Origin: Octopus vulgaris
Lineage: Eukaryota
DNA length: 64,000 bases
Assembly (NCBI GenBank): GCA_951406725.2
Contig: OX597835.1
Span: 14,632,001-14,696,000, forward strand
Direction: 5' to 3'
Each line of letters starts with the position of its first letter. The stretch's first letter is position 1. A model generated the notes under the pieces. The model was not told where the DNA came from and searched no databases. It worked only from the letters and a program-made list of their open reading frames with translations. The translations under genes were made by a program, and so were the position numbers. Below are positions 12,901-26,575 of this stretch, piece by piece.

Positions 12901-13599
12901 TCATACATACACATATGTACACACGCACATAAACGTATATCTTTGAATTCAGTGATATATTTACTGGAGCACCAAATGCTTCTATTAAGGGGAAAAACTA
13001 CGTTTTTGTCCGAAAGCTCAGCTAGATTTTCCAATTTTGTTGTTTTGAGCAGAACTAATGCATTAGATCCACTTACTACACTTAAAATGTGATACAACAT
13101 TAAGTCTTTGAACAAACTTACACCAGCTGTTGGCTTACCCAAACATTTGCAGCGTCTGTACCCTACTTATACAAAGATGGACTATAAAACCCTTCTAAAA
13201 CTTCAAATTCTTTAACTCGTTGAAGCTGGGCGGTACAAATAAAGTACCACTTATTTGTATCAGATTAATGAGCGGTGATACTTAACTTGTATCGAAACTT
13301 AGCATTCTTATCGCTGCATGGTCGGTGGCTCAGAAAACGTACCACTTCATCTATCGGCCAATCAAAAGCTACCCTTACATCTGGCAACAATTTCTGCGAC
13401 ACAAACGGAATACTGAATCCATTTTGTGCCAAAGGCCAGTCGACGAAAAATCAAGAGTACAAATGTTTGTTATAAATTTTTGCCCTTCTAGAGTTTTTTT
13501 TTTTTTTTTTGCCAATCATTCTAGCTTCTGAAAGACTTAAAATACCTATATTTAGTTATCACAAATATATATACCAAAAGCAATATAGTAAAATGTAGC

Positions 13600-13808
13600 T
13601 TTCAAATTTTAGCACAGGGCCAGCAATTTTGGGAGAGGTGGGATAAATCGATTGCATCGACCCCAGTGCTCGACTGGTATTTGTTTTATCGACTCTGAAA
13701 GGATGAAAGGCAAAGTCGACCTCGGTGGAATTTGAACTCTGGACGTAAAGACGGACGAAATGCCACTAAGTATTTTTCCTGGCGTGCTAACGCTTCTGCT
13801 AGCTCGCC
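13600..13808 (-). mobile_element. SINE A2
   Basis: Core gaaaggatgaaaggcaaagtcgacctcggtggaatttgaactc with an A2-type tail. Confidence 0.8.
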
Positions 13809-14037
13809 TGAAATTAACTATGAACCGGCATCAAACAAACTAAAGTACGAAAAGCTCTCGTAACAGAATCGCAGTTACAAAATGACATGACTAACGCTAC
13901 AGAGGAATCGGATTTCTCACAGATTCCAACGAAATGTTTATCAAGGCATTAGTTTGCTAGATTCTTGAGGTGAACTCGAGTGCTGAAACAGATTTTGTTG
14001 TATCTCGGGAGAATCATTGTTAATAAATACACACACC

Positions 14038-14258
14038 TATTTCTTTACTACCCATAAGGGGCTAAACACAGAGGGGACAAACAAACGGATTAAGTCGATT
14101 ATATCGACTCCAGTGCGTAACTGGTACTTATTTAATCGACCCCGAAAGGATGAAAGGCAAAGTCGACCTCGGCAGAATTTGAACTCAGAACGTAACGACA
14201 GACGAAATACCGCTCAGCATTTCGTCCGGCGTGCTAACGTTTCTGCCAGCTCGCCGCC
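14038..14258 (-). mobile_element. SINE A1, full length with TSD
   Basis: 17-bp TSD taataaatacacacacc at 14021-14037 and 14259-14275. Confidence 0.92.
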
Positions 14259-15067
14259 TAATAAATACACACACCGGTTCTATTTCACTTCTGTTCGTTA
14301 ACATTTCGCCTATTAACCGCCGTTCTGGAGTATAGCTGGTATGTCTTTGATCATCATGATCGAACGATTACTCAAATGATCGGTTAGTTAATTAGCTACA
14401 TATTAACGAATTGACTAATAAAAGAAGGAAAGCAGAACCAGTGGTATAATGACTTTCGTGTGATACAAAAAATACTATTTATTAGGTCTTCTCACAAATT
14501 CACTTAAGAAGGAAATCCTGCTAAATCTAGTTACAACTTGTTCTATCCAGAAATATAGAATTGAATATGCTTTACTAGAAACCTAAAGATGGGGAAAAGT
14601 GAAAGATTATGCGGAAGCATTCGAAATTTCTGCTTTTATGAGAGTTTGCGGAATATAGATATAAACTTGAGAGCTCTTAACACATCCTTTACAACCTGTT
14701 ATTGAATATTACAGAAAGAAATGTATGTACGATAATAGTAAATATCTCTATAGAAAGAACCGGGTATCTCAGCATCGTTTCTCGACCTGCTAGAAATACC
14801 AGCAACCTGATCTCCTTCCGATCATATCCGACTGTCATAAAAATAGATGGGAGACGTATTGTCCGTGATGATGTGCTCCTAGATACACTACCAGGCGCTG
14901 AGCTGATTGAAATCGTTTGCACATTGAGCAAAATGCTTAGTGGCTCTTTGCGTTCTGAGTTCAAATCGCACCGAGGTCAACTTTGCTTTCCATCCCTTCA
15001 AGGTCGATGAAATAAAATAGCAGTCAATTCTTGGTACTTATCCATGTAATCGATTTGTCCTCACCTC

Positions 15068-15296
15068 GGCGAACTGGCAGAAACGTTAGCACGCCGGGCG
15101 AAATGCGTAGCCGTATTTCGTCTGCTGTTACGTTCTGAGTTCAAATTCCGCCGAGGTCGACTTTGTCTTTCATCCTTTCGGGGTTGATAAATTAAGCACC
15201 AGTTACGCACTGGGGTCGATGTAATCGACTTAATCCCTTTGTCTGTCCTTGTTTGTCCCCTCTGTGTTTAGCCCGTTGTGGGTAGTAAAGTAATAG
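15068..15296 (+). mobile_element. SINE A1 nested in an older SINE A2 (about 14895-15330)
   Basis: TSD atttgtcctcacctc on both sides. Confidence 0.9.
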
Positions 15297-15540
15297 ATTT
15301 GTCCTCACCTCCTCTCAAAATTGCCGATCTTCGACCCGGCAACGGACCGTCGTCCCGTTCAGAGGGTTGTTGTGGTCTCAGTTACTTTCAAGCCACAGAA
15401 ACCGGGTAACTGGTCTTTTTGAGTACCAGGCCTAAAGAAACATTAAACAAAAAACATTAAATCTTTTTGTTGCTAAATTCCTGTTGAAATAAACTGTTTG
15501 GCGATGCTGAGGCACCGCCCCGACGGGTTTTAGTCATATA

Positions 15541-16613
15541 CTAGATGTACCCGCCGTGACCCGTTGGGTCACATCCACTTAAAGTTGAAAATCTCGATGC
15601 GCAACGGGAAAGGAAAAAAAAATACTATTTCGAATTTCATGTAATAAAATTTTTAATACAGTTCTCCTGCCTTTGGTGTCACAACATAAACCCGACAAAG
15701 TGCTTCTCTGAAAATGTTCAAATGTCCTTTAACTTTTTTTCCTCGCCTTCTTTGCGATTCTTTGTTACTACTGTTTCAAGTGAAATACATAGGTACTTCA
15801 GCATAAAGTAAGACTTTTTTTTGCAAAGTCATCATTCTGTCAACATTCTGTCAATGTTGTTCTCATATGTCGTTCATTGACAATCATATATATCCTCATT
15901 ATTTCTGAATAATATTCTCTTTTCATCTGGTATATGAACGTGCAGTCGCACTATTGCAGGTGCTCTTTCATGAATTGAAAATCCTAAAATGTATGCAACT
16001 GCTTCGGAGGGTGCAATATACCTACCCATAAGGTATTGACTAATGTCATTATGATTCTTGGTCATTTCCTTTCAGCGTGTACTTGATGACATACTTAATA
16101 TGCTGCTCTGAGGCAACGATTTCAACGTTGCAGGGAGATTCGAATGCTCTTTAAAAAGTTTCATTATAAAGTAGAGCACATTTGTTGTTTGTATTTCCAT
16201 TCTTATGAGATTCAGCTCTTCCCATTGCAACTAATGTTCGTCTATAAAGAGATAATCTCTCTGTTTTTCTGCCTTTTGATTAAGATGATAAAGATTAATA
16301 TCTTATTTTAAATAAGATAGTAATATTCCCCTTTAAGAAAAAAAAATTCATGTACTTCAAAAATGTAATTCAAAAATGTCATAAAAATATAGGGAGAATT
16401 TCTATCTTTCAAGTCCATGGCACACTGAAAGTTGAATAAATGATTAAGGGGGTGGGGAGAAAGATAAAAGGACGGACGACGACTCTAAAGTGTCGGCATT
16501 TTTAACTTGATTCTTTTTTTTTTTAAAGAGGGAAAGGACTATTTTATTTGTAATCTTTATCATCTTGATCAAATGGCAGGAAAAACAAGCTTTGAGTTTA
16601 GGTATAATATAGA
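15541..16613 (-). mobile_element. Internally deleted Helitron carrying a RepHel fragment, inserted into an old SINE B
   Basis: 5' end A|TCTATATTATA; 3' hairpin gtgaccc-aac-gggtcac followed by CTAG|T; RepHel motifs inside; the flanks rejoin as SINE sequence (ttttagtcata|tacatcg). Confidence 0.85.
15575..16230 (-). pseudogene. Helitron RepHel coding fragment (frameshifted)
   Basis: CNVEIVASEQHIKYVIKYTLKGND; DISQYLMGRYIAPSEAVAYILGFSIHERAPAIVRLHVH; LLYAEVPMYFT; RVYVVTPKAGELY, matching canonical HINVE...KY..KG.D / RYIS..EA.WR...F.IH motifs. Confidence 0.88.
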
Positions 16614-16782
16614 TACATCGGCATAGTTTTTTTGTTTGTTTTTTTAAAGTCTGCTACTTATTCTATCGGTTTCTTTTGCTGAACCGCTTAATTTAGGGGA
16701 TGTAAACAAGCCTGTTTTCTGATCGTGAATAGATATTTATACCAAGAAGAGAGCAGCAATCAGGAATTTGAATTTCGCAAAG

Positions 16783-17195
16783 GGCAGAATTATGACTGTG
16801 TGGTTAAAAAAAAGCTCTCTTTGAAACCACATGATTTGGGGCTCAATCCTTCTACGCCGCACCTTGAGCAAGTGTCTTCTACTATAGCTCCGGACTGAAA
16901 TGTCCTACGATCAAATTTTGGTAAAACGGAAAATGTGTAGAGGCCCGTCGTGTGTGTAGGTAGATAGACAGGTAGATAGAAAAATGTCTTTATCACTTAT
17001 TCTCGTCACTACTTAATTACAAGTATTGGTTTGTTTACGATCCCCATAACTTAGCGGCTCGGCAAAAGAGAATAAAATAAGAACTAGACTTTAAAAAATA
17101 TATAAATACTAGGTTTGTCTTGTTCAACTAAATCTCTTCAACGTAATGCTCCATCACGGCCGTGGTCCAATGTCTAAAACAAGTAAAAGATAAAA
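16783..17195 (+). mobile_element. Degenerate SINE B
   Basis: ctgtgtggtt...caccttgagcaagtgtcttctactatagc...aacaagtaaaagataaaa. Confidence 0.75.
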
Positions 17196-17832
17196 TATAG
17201 CTGCGCGTTTAGAATTTCCAATAAGTTTAATGGACGGTGAAATCATTCACTGACGCTGGTGTGCAAACCGCTGTCGAAGATGAAGTATTAAAGAGCCTGT
17301 AGGATTCCTCTTGTTTTGTTCCATCTTTTGAAGCTGCATAGTCAAAGATCCACGTCGATCACCGTCAGGCATAATTATATCTAGACTTTAAGGGTTTTGA
17401 TTGAGTTTCTATTTGTAAACTTTGATATTGGTGGACTGGGGAATAGTTATTTAAATCGGGAATGTAACTTTTCTGCTTTTTTTTATTTATATTTTATTTA
17501 TGTCATAGAGCGGCCGGTGATGTTTTAAAAATACCTTCTCGACAAAACAGAAGCAAATTTTCTTTCGAAATTTATGTGGATGCAATATTCATACACACAC
17601 ACACACACACACACACGTTAGAAGTAGTCGATAGGTGTCGGGCACGAAACTTTGAGTTACGTTGGTGTCTGCCGATTAAAAATCATACTCAAGCGTACGA
17701 GGAGGTATACACACACACACACACACACACACACTCACTCAAACGTAAGAGAAGGCACACACACACACACACACACTACGAGAGCACACAAACGTGCGTA
17801 CGACCGCTCACTCACACGCGTTTGAACATTCA

Positions 17833-17869
<37 letters not shown>

Positions 17870-17949
17870 CGACACACACATACGAACATTCAGTTTTACA
17901 CACACTCACACACTTGCGTACACTTGCGTACGAACACACTCACACGCGC

Positions 17950-18190
17950 ACACATACACATTTGAGTACACATGTACAAGCACACACATTTGAGTACACA
18001 TACGTACAAGCACACACATTTGAGTACACACACGTACAAGCACACACATTTGAGTACACACACGTACAAGCACATACACATTTGAGTACACACACGTACA
18101 AGCACATACACATTTGAGTACACACACGTACAAGCGCATACACATTTGAGTACACACACGTACAAGCGCATACACATTTGAGTACACACG
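17950..18190. repeat. 22-24 bp minisatellite (cacatttgagtacacacgtacaagca)n
   Basis: About 8 copies. Confidence 0.92.
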
Positions 18191-18359
18191 TTCGAACTCA
18201 CCAGCTCACACACAACCACAATTTATAACACAAACACCAGTACACACACACACTCATACACACACACATCTGCTTAAATCTATCTACAACTCTCTATATT
18301 CGTATATATGAGCTTATGAGAGAACCAGGAAGAAGGTATGTATTTGAATATGTATGTAA

Positions 18360-18861
<502 letters not shown>

Positions 18862-19289
18862 TGACGTAACGTAATAGACAAAATGCAGGAAACGGTTTTC
18901 CCTCTTCAACATTTTCGCTACTAAGATAATTTTCAGAAGACGTTAGACTTTTAAAAACATTTCTATGAATCATATCAGATAAAAATATAGCAAAATAAAG
19001 AAGAACTGCAATGTAATGAGGCCATTAAGCTGTGATTGTATAGAAAAATAGTGAATAAAATTACAGAGAACATCTCTTCTAACAACCATCTATTGATTCT
19101 TACTCTATAATCTTGATTGTAGTGTATGATGGTAGTCAGGCGATGATTGCAGTAAATATATACATCATAATAACTATCATAAATATGTTTGTGAGAGGTG
19201 TGTTGTTGCTTGTGGAGTGACTAGTAGCGCCCTAAAATGGCGGCGGATGTGTTTAGAGATGGATGTTTGAGGCGAATGAGTTTGTTGTT

Positions 19290-19830
19290 GTTATTCGAAG
19301 TGGCGGTGGCGGTGGTGGTGGCAGTGGTTGATTTCTATGCTGTAAATGGTGGTTGTAACGGTGGTGGTTGTTGTTGCTGTTGTTGTTGTTGTTAGTAATG
19401 ATGGGGGTTAAGAATGTATTGTTAAATGTGGAGATATGCATGTATCGTTGATGATGATGATGATGATGATGACAATGTTAATGCATCTAGTGGTACCGAT
19501 GGTGGTGGTGGCGGTGGTGGTGGTGGTAGGGAATGTTTGGAAATTATGCCATTAGCAGATATAGTTACGTTATTGTTGATTGGAATGATAGCAGTAATGA
19601 TGTTGATGAAGGCGGTGGTGAGGGTGGTGGTGGTGGTGGTGATGGAGCGATGATTATAATGATGACGGTGGCGATGATGATGATGATGGCGGCGGCGGCG
19701 GTGGTGGTTGTGGTGATGAGGCGGATGATGGTAATAGCGGCAATGATGTGTGATGGTAGCCTTAATGGTATGGTGGTAGTGGCGATGCTGATAGTGTCGC
19801 TGTGCTCGCACAGTGATGGTGGTGGTAGTA
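19290..19830. repeat. (GGT)n/(GAT)n low-complexity tract
   Basis: Direct reading. Confidence 0.9.
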
Positions 19831-20469
19831 TTGATGTTTGGAGTTGAGATCTTTTTATGAAAGTAGTTTAGTGTGGAACTAAAAAAAAAAAACCCACATC
19901 AAACAAGCACTCATGGAAATAACTATTTAGCGCTGGGGCAGGTTCTGTTTCTGCAAAGCATATTTCATAAAATGGCTTCTACAGACGAGACGGCAATAAT
20001 TAATTGGGTTGCTACTTCGTAAGCACAGCGCCATCTTTCGTTGGTTATAGTTTCGAACGAATTAACATCGGAAACGGTGTAAATGAACGAAAAAAAAATT
20101 GATCTAGACTTGAACTCTTCAAGGTAAAAATACATCCAGAGAAATCGGTTGCATGGCAAAAAGACAACGAACACGGGAGATTTAAATGTAGGATTTAGAT
20201 ACATATGTGAGAATTGAACCCGTTCTGACAAATATGGTCGAAGGGATAATACCACAAATTGTTTAATAAATAGGCTGTGTGTGTGTGTGTGTCAGTAACT
20301 ATTTTATGCTGTGTCTCAACGTGTAGCTTGTAGTTCAGCGCAAGCTGAAGAGTTGCGTAATCAACGAAACATACCGTTCTACATGACAAATTGTAAATAT
20401 CCCGTATTTTCCACATGTATATTATAGTTCTGTTCTTCCCATTTATTTAATGAAAAAAGAGTAAAGAGT

Positions 20470-20790
20470 AACCTCTCTTTTGGTCATGAATGGCCATGGG
20501 ATTGCACCTAGAAAGTACCCCTCCGGGGCACAAGTCCGGACAAGGTTGTTTATGGAAGATCAGCAGTCGCCCATGTATACCAGCCGCTCCTCGCTACTCC
20601 AATGATGTTGTTCAAGGGAAAGGCAACGGCCGATACATCTCGGCACCATTCATGTCGCAACTAATTTCGACAGCTGGGTGAACATTATTTCTACAACGTG
20701 AAATAGTCATGCTCAATAACAGAACAGCCGGTCCGGGAATTGAATTCGCTACCTCGTAATTGTGAGCTCGACGCTCTCACCACTGAGCTA
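20470..20790 (-). mobile_element. SINE D (degenerate)
   Basis: Homologous to 31005, 41891 and 54985. Confidence 0.8.
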
Positions 20791-20897
20791 TAAATTCATA
20801 GAACTGGCTACTTATTGAGATGGAATAACTCTCAGGGATTAGATATCTCACTTAGATCCATTTGCATCTGTTTACAATGAATATATATATATATTCA

Positions 20898-21199
20898 TGG
20901 AGGCGCAATGGCCCAGTGGTTAGGGCAGCGGACTCGCGGTCGTAGGATCGCGGTTTCGTTTCCCAGACCGGGCGATGTGAGTGTTTATTGAGTGAAAACA
21001 CCTAAAGCTCCACGAGGCTCCTCCTGGGGGTGTTGGCGATCCCTGCTGTACTCTTTCGCCACTACTTTCTCTCACTCTTTCTTCTGTTGGCCTGCTCGCT
21101 TAGCCAGCGGAGTGGCGTCATTTGAAGGCTAAAACAATGCGAAGCGCATTGTGACCAGCGATGTGTAGCAACATCTGATAGCCTGGTCGGTCACGGTGA
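20898..21199 (+). mobile_element. SINE C with alternative tail (C2)
   Basis: tRNA-like head tggcccagtggttaggg...ggtttcgtttccc shared with 46753, but a different 3' half. Confidence 0.88.
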
Positions 21200-21579
21200 T
21201 ATATATATATATATACACACACAAAGAGTAAATATATGGCACAACGAAGTACCGATATTTACTGGAAGATAGATCAAGTTTATGGGTGGCAGACATATCT
21301 TGAAAAATCTGAAACCTGCGCAGGTCCCACATTATCCTTTTCCAGGTATTTCATCTTTCAGATGTTCTCCCTGGAGGTAAGACAATTTTTTCTAGTTTGT
21401 TGCACACACGCATTTTTGCTAGTACATACTCGGTGAAGCTATACATTAGCGTCGTATTATTACGTTCGCTATTTCCAGTAAATATCGGTACTTCGTTGTG
21501 CCATATATTTACTCTTTGTATATTTTTCCCTCGCGGGCTATTCTTTACTGGAAAGCAATACTCTAGTATTGCATTACTA

Positions 21580-21616
<37 letters not shown>

Positions 21617-21945
21617 GTAGCATTTAACCGTCTTAACTCATATCTCATTCGCAATAGTTCTCGAAGTGTATTCACTAATTTCAATGGTAGTTATTTCCCG
21701 GTGATCTATTAAGCAACCGCTTTGTTTCATTAGCCATTCCTGGACGATTCATACACCAACCGCTCGTGATGTCAACAAGATGCTTTGTGACAAAAACGAG
21801 TAACTATTTTTAATTCCACAATGGTTTTAGTTTAGTGAAACAATCAGATGGTAAATATACATTATTTTCTATACGGGCATGTTTTTTGTCCAGTATTTAC
21901 GTTTGTTTAATCGGTGTTAAGTCGATTATATGTTGACTGGATAAG

Positions 21946-22174
21946 GCGGCGAGCTGGCAGAAACGGTAGCACGCTGGGCGAAATGCGTAGCCGTATTTCG
22001 TCTGCCGTTACGTTCTGAGTTCAAATTCCGCCGAGGTCGACTTTGCCTTTCATCCTTTCGGGGTCGATAAATTAAGTACCAGTTACGCACTGGGGTCGAT
22101 GGAATCGACTTAATCGCTTTGTCTGTCCTTGTTTGTCCCCTCTGTGTTTAGCCCCTTGTGGGTAGTAAAGAAAT
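21946..22174 (+). mobile_element. SINE A1 with TSD
   Basis: TSD tatatgttga(c/t)tggat. Confidence 0.92.
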
Positions 22175-22362
22175 ATATATGTTGATTGGATGTGCACATT
22201 GTGACAAAATATTCCACTCAGATAAACTAAAAGTATACTGTGTTGGGTTATCTCTCTTCGCGTGTATTTAAGTGATTCAATTTATACTCCACAGGTTTCT
22301 TAGAGTACTGTAAAGATAGTCAGAGTACTCTGGTTAAGGACATTTAATGCATGCTGCATCAC

Positions 22363-22770
22363 TTTGGCTGTGTGGTAAGTAGCTTGCTTACCAACCACAT
22401 GGCCCCGGGTTCAGTCCCACTGCGTGGCACCTTGGGCAAGTGTCTTCTACTATAGCCTCGGGCCGACCAAAGCCTTGTAAGTGGATTTGGTAGACGGAAA
22501 CTGAAAGAAGCCCGTCGTATATATGTATATATATATATATATATGTGTGTGTGTTTGTTTGTGTGTCTGTGTTTGTCCCCCTAGCATTGCTTGACAACCG
22601 ATGCTGGTGTGTTTACGTCCCCGTAACTTAGCGGTTCGGCAAAAAGAGACCGATAGAATAAGTACTAGGCTTCCAAAGAATAAGTCCTGGAGGTCGATTT
22701 TTACTCGACTAAAAGGCGGTGCTCCAGCATGGCCACAGTCAAATGACTGAAACGAGTAAAAGAGTAAGAG
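22363..22770 (+). mobile_element. SINE B (CORE-like, internal TA/TG microsatellite)
   Basis: A-box tggctgtgtgg, B-box ggttcagtccc, CORE-like ccttgggcaagtgtctt, tail (aagagtaa)n. Confidence 0.92.
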
Positions 22771-23397
22771 TATATAACGGCGGTTGCATCAGTATGGCCG
22801 CAGCTCTGAACTGAAACTACAGGAAAAAGAGAAAAAAATGGCGTAGAGAGGATGTCTCGGAGGAACAAAGCCACTTTCCACTGTTTCTCTCTATCGGAAC
22901 AAAATTATGACAAAATGTAAATATTCAGCTTCCTCTAAGAATTACACAACACAAACGGAATAATAAGAAGGTGGTTACGCAATCAAAGCTATATTTAATA
23001 CGGGAAACATTGAGAAATTAATGTCGGATAAACTTAGAGAGGTATTTTGCTTCTGTTCATTTCAGCGTATTTAACGGAAATTTTGCCTTGCTTTAATTTG
23101 CCAAACTGCTTGCTAATCGCTAAATAATATACAGAAATGTACATTAGTTGGCATCAATTCAGTTTTGGGTAATCAAACCTCTACAAGACAAGCTCACGCC
23201 AACGCATTCTGAGAATGGTGTTGTAAACAAAGATATACTTATTAGCGGATATGCAGAAAATATCATCGCTTCCAGAACGAGAAACAAAAGTAATTCTAGC
23301 CTATGCTCGCAGAATATCTGGAATTTGAAGGCTAACGGAATTAACTATAATCGCAGTGTTTTATATTCGAGATATAAAAATAGCTATTGTACATATA

Positions 23398-23832
23398 GGC
23401 GCAGGAGTGGCTGTGTGGTAAGTAGCTTGTTTACCAACCACATGGTTCCGGGTTCAGTCCCATTGCGTGGCACCATGGGCAAGTGTATTCTACTATAGCC
23501 TCGGGCCGACCAATGCCTTGTGAGTGGATTTGGTAGACGGAAACTGAAAGAAGCCCGTCGTATATATATGTATATACAGACACCCGCATATATATATGTA
23601 TATATATATATATATATGCGGGTGTGTGCTTGTGTGTCTGTGTTTGATCCCCTAGCATTGATTGACAACCGATGCTTGTGTGTTTATGTCCCCGTTACTT
23701 AGCGGTTCGGCAAAAGAGACCGATAGAGTAAGTACTGGGCTTACAAAAGAATAAGTCCCGGGGTCGAGTTGCTCGATTAAAGGCGGTGCTCCAGCATAGC
23801 CACAGTCAAATGACTGAAACGAGTAAAAGAGT
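23398..23832 (+). mobile_element. SINE B, full length
   Basis: Same structure, starting ggcgcaggagtggctgtgtgg. Confidence 0.92.
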
Positions 23833-24054
23833 ATACCGAGGAATACAAAACAAAATGCATTCATTTTAGATGCCCAACAAAAGACAAGTGATTGTGTTGA
23901 AGTGAAGGCATGAGAACAAATCTCCCTTCAAGGGCCCTTTCCAACTGCAGACGGGCTCAAGTGCCATTTATAGTGGGGATTGATATAGTGTTATTTTTTA
24001 TGATAATTACATCTTTGCTTTATGAAGGTTAACCTGTAGCAATACATCATCTAA

Positions 24055-24437
24055 CTCTCTTTTACTCTTTTACTTGTTTCAGTCATTTGACTGCGGCCAT
24101 ACTGGAGCACCGCCTTTAGTCGAGCAACTCGACCCCGGGACTTATTCTTTGTAAGTCCAGTACTTATTCTATCGGTCTCTTTTGCCGAACCGCTAAGTGA
24201 CGGGGACGTAAACACACCAGCATCGGTTGTCAAGCAATGCTAGGGGGACACACATACATATATATACATATATACGGCAGGCTTCTTTCAGTTTCCGTCT
24301 ACCAAATCCACTCACAAGGCATTGGTCGGCCCGGGGCTATAGCAGAAGACACCTTGCCCAAGATGCCACGCAGTGAGACTGAACCCAGAACCATGTGGTT
24401 GGTTAGCAAGCTACTTACCACACAACCACTCCTGCAC
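24055..24437 (-). mobile_element. SINE B
   Basis: Reverse complement of the B consensus. Confidence 0.92.
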
Positions 24438-24749
24438 TTTTCTGATTAACAAAAGTGGTTTTCGGATGAAGAGCAAAATTGAGGGCAAATCAATTGTTTG
24501 TCAGAAAAATGTAAGAAAAGGGTATCTCGAGAAGCGTTGGTGTGAAGCTCTAGCTTGGAGTTTTATTGTCACTCGATTAGTTAATTCGTAAATTGATTAT
24601 TTAATTGGTTTTGAAGATAACGTCATTGGATGTGACAAAAGAATTTGCCAAACCAATTAATTATTGAATTTACTAATTAATAGAGCAATTATCTAATTCA
24701 TTGATAGTAAAAATGTATGTATGTATTGGTAGCAAGACACTCCTAAAGG

Positions 24750-24760
24750 ACATATATATA

Positions 24761-24796
<36 letters not shown>

Positions 24797-24920
24797 TGTA
24801 TGTATGTATGTGTATGTATGTATGTATGTATGTATGTATGTATGTATGTATGTATGAATGTATGTATGTATGTATGTATGTATATATGTATGTATGTATG
24901 TATATGTATATGTATGTATG

Positions 24921-24952
<32 letters not shown>

Positions 24953-25049
24953 TGTATGTATATGTATGTATGTATGTATGTGTATATATATATATATATA
25001 TACTATACAAATACACTCATATATATATATGAGTGTGTGTGTGCATACT

Positions 25050-25093
<44 letters not shown>

Positions 25094-25110
25094 CATACAT
25101 GCATATACAC
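24750..25110. repeat. (TA)n/(ATGT)n microsatellite
   Basis: Direct reading. Confidence 0.96.
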
Positions 25111-25142
25111 ACACAAGAAGCGCATTAAAAATGAGAAAATGA

Positions 25143-25732
25143 CGGCATAAGTTCGTGGCTGCATGGTAAGAGGTTTGCTTCTCAACCACATGCTTCTGGG
25201 TTCAGTCCCTCTGCGTGCTACCTTGGACAAGCGTCTTGTATTATATATTTCCTTACTACCCACAAGGGGCTAAACACAGAGAGGACAAACTAGGACAGAC
25301 AAACGGATTAAGTCGATTACATCGACCCCAATGCGTAACTGGTACTTATTTAATCGACCCCGAAAGGATGAAAGGCAAAGTCGACCTCGGCGGAATTTGA
25401 ACTCAGAACGTGGCGGCAGACGAAATACCGCTACGCGTTTCGCCCGGCGAGCTAACGTTTCTGCCAGCGTCTTGTATTATAGCCTCACGCACCAAAACTT
25501 AAGATTTCGTGGACGGAAACTGAAAGAATCCCGATGTGTGTGTGTGTATCATTGTCTGTCTTTGTCCACCTCCACCACCACCACCACCACTTGACAATCG
25601 GTGCTGGCGCGTTTACATCTCCGTAAATTAGCGGTTCGTCAAACAGACCCATAAAATTAGCATAAGGCTCTAAAAAATGTTCTTCAAATTGATGATCCAG
25701 TATGGCCGCAGTCTGACGACTGAAACAAGATA
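25143..25732 (+). mobile_element. Old SINE B interrupted by SINE A1 (25246-25466, minus strand)
   Basis: TSD agcgtcttgtattata on both sides of the A1 insert. Confidence 0.85.
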
Positions 25733-25796
25733 AATGCTACACACACACACATACACAATGAAGGTGAACTGGCAGTCATAGTATATTTTACAATAA

Positions 25797-26018
25797 GGTG
25801 GCGAGCTGGCAGAAACGTTAGCACGCTGGGCGAAATGCATAGCCGTACTTCGTCTGCCGTTACGTTCTGAGTTCAAATTCCGCCGAGGTCGACTTTGCCT
25901 TTCATCCTTTCGGGGTCGATTAAATAAGTACCAGTTACGCACTGGGGTCGATATAATCGACTTAATCCGTCTGTCTGTCCTCTCTGTGTTTAGCCCCTTA
26001 TGGGTAGTATAGAAATAG
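25797..26018 (+). mobile_element. SINE A1 with TSD
   Basis: TSD atagtatattttacaat. Confidence 0.92.
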
Positions 26019-26328
26019 ATAGTATATTTTACAATGCTTTGCTTTACTGCATTTGTTTCGATTCCGTGCTTTGAGTTCAAATCCTGCCGAGGCCAGCCTT
26101 ACTTTTCTTCGTTTCGGGGTTGATAATAATCTACTAGTACCGATTGATGGATCGGTGGAATTCTTAAAGGTTCGAGCATGGCACCTTGAGAGAGGCGTTC
26201 TGACAGCAACACCTGGTCCCAGTCAGCGGTTTTTTACCCTCGGGTAAACAGCAGTCTGGAGAGAAGTGGAACTTGCATTCTAGTTTTTCTCAAAAAATCT
26301 CCTCTAATCCTTCACATGTGGAGATAAC

Positions 26329-26514
26329 TTACTCTTTTACTTGTTTCAATCATTTGACTGTGGCCATGCTGGAGCACCGCCTTGAGTCGAGCAAATCGAC
26401 CCCAGGACTTATTCTTTGTAAGCCTAATACTTATTCTATCGGTCTCTTTTTGCCGAACCGCTAAGTTACGGGGACGTAAACACACCGCCATCAGTTGTCA
26501 AGCGATGTTGGAGG

Positions 26515-26575
<61 letters not shown>

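Noticed and set aside
14017-14301. Recurrent peptide RNWYLFNRPRKDERQSRPRRNLNSER in many ORFs
   Set aside because: It is the antisense translation of SINE A, not a gene family.
17230-17375. Unique-looking stretch with short open frames on the minus strand
   Set aside because: No convincing splice pair or homology that I can recognise.
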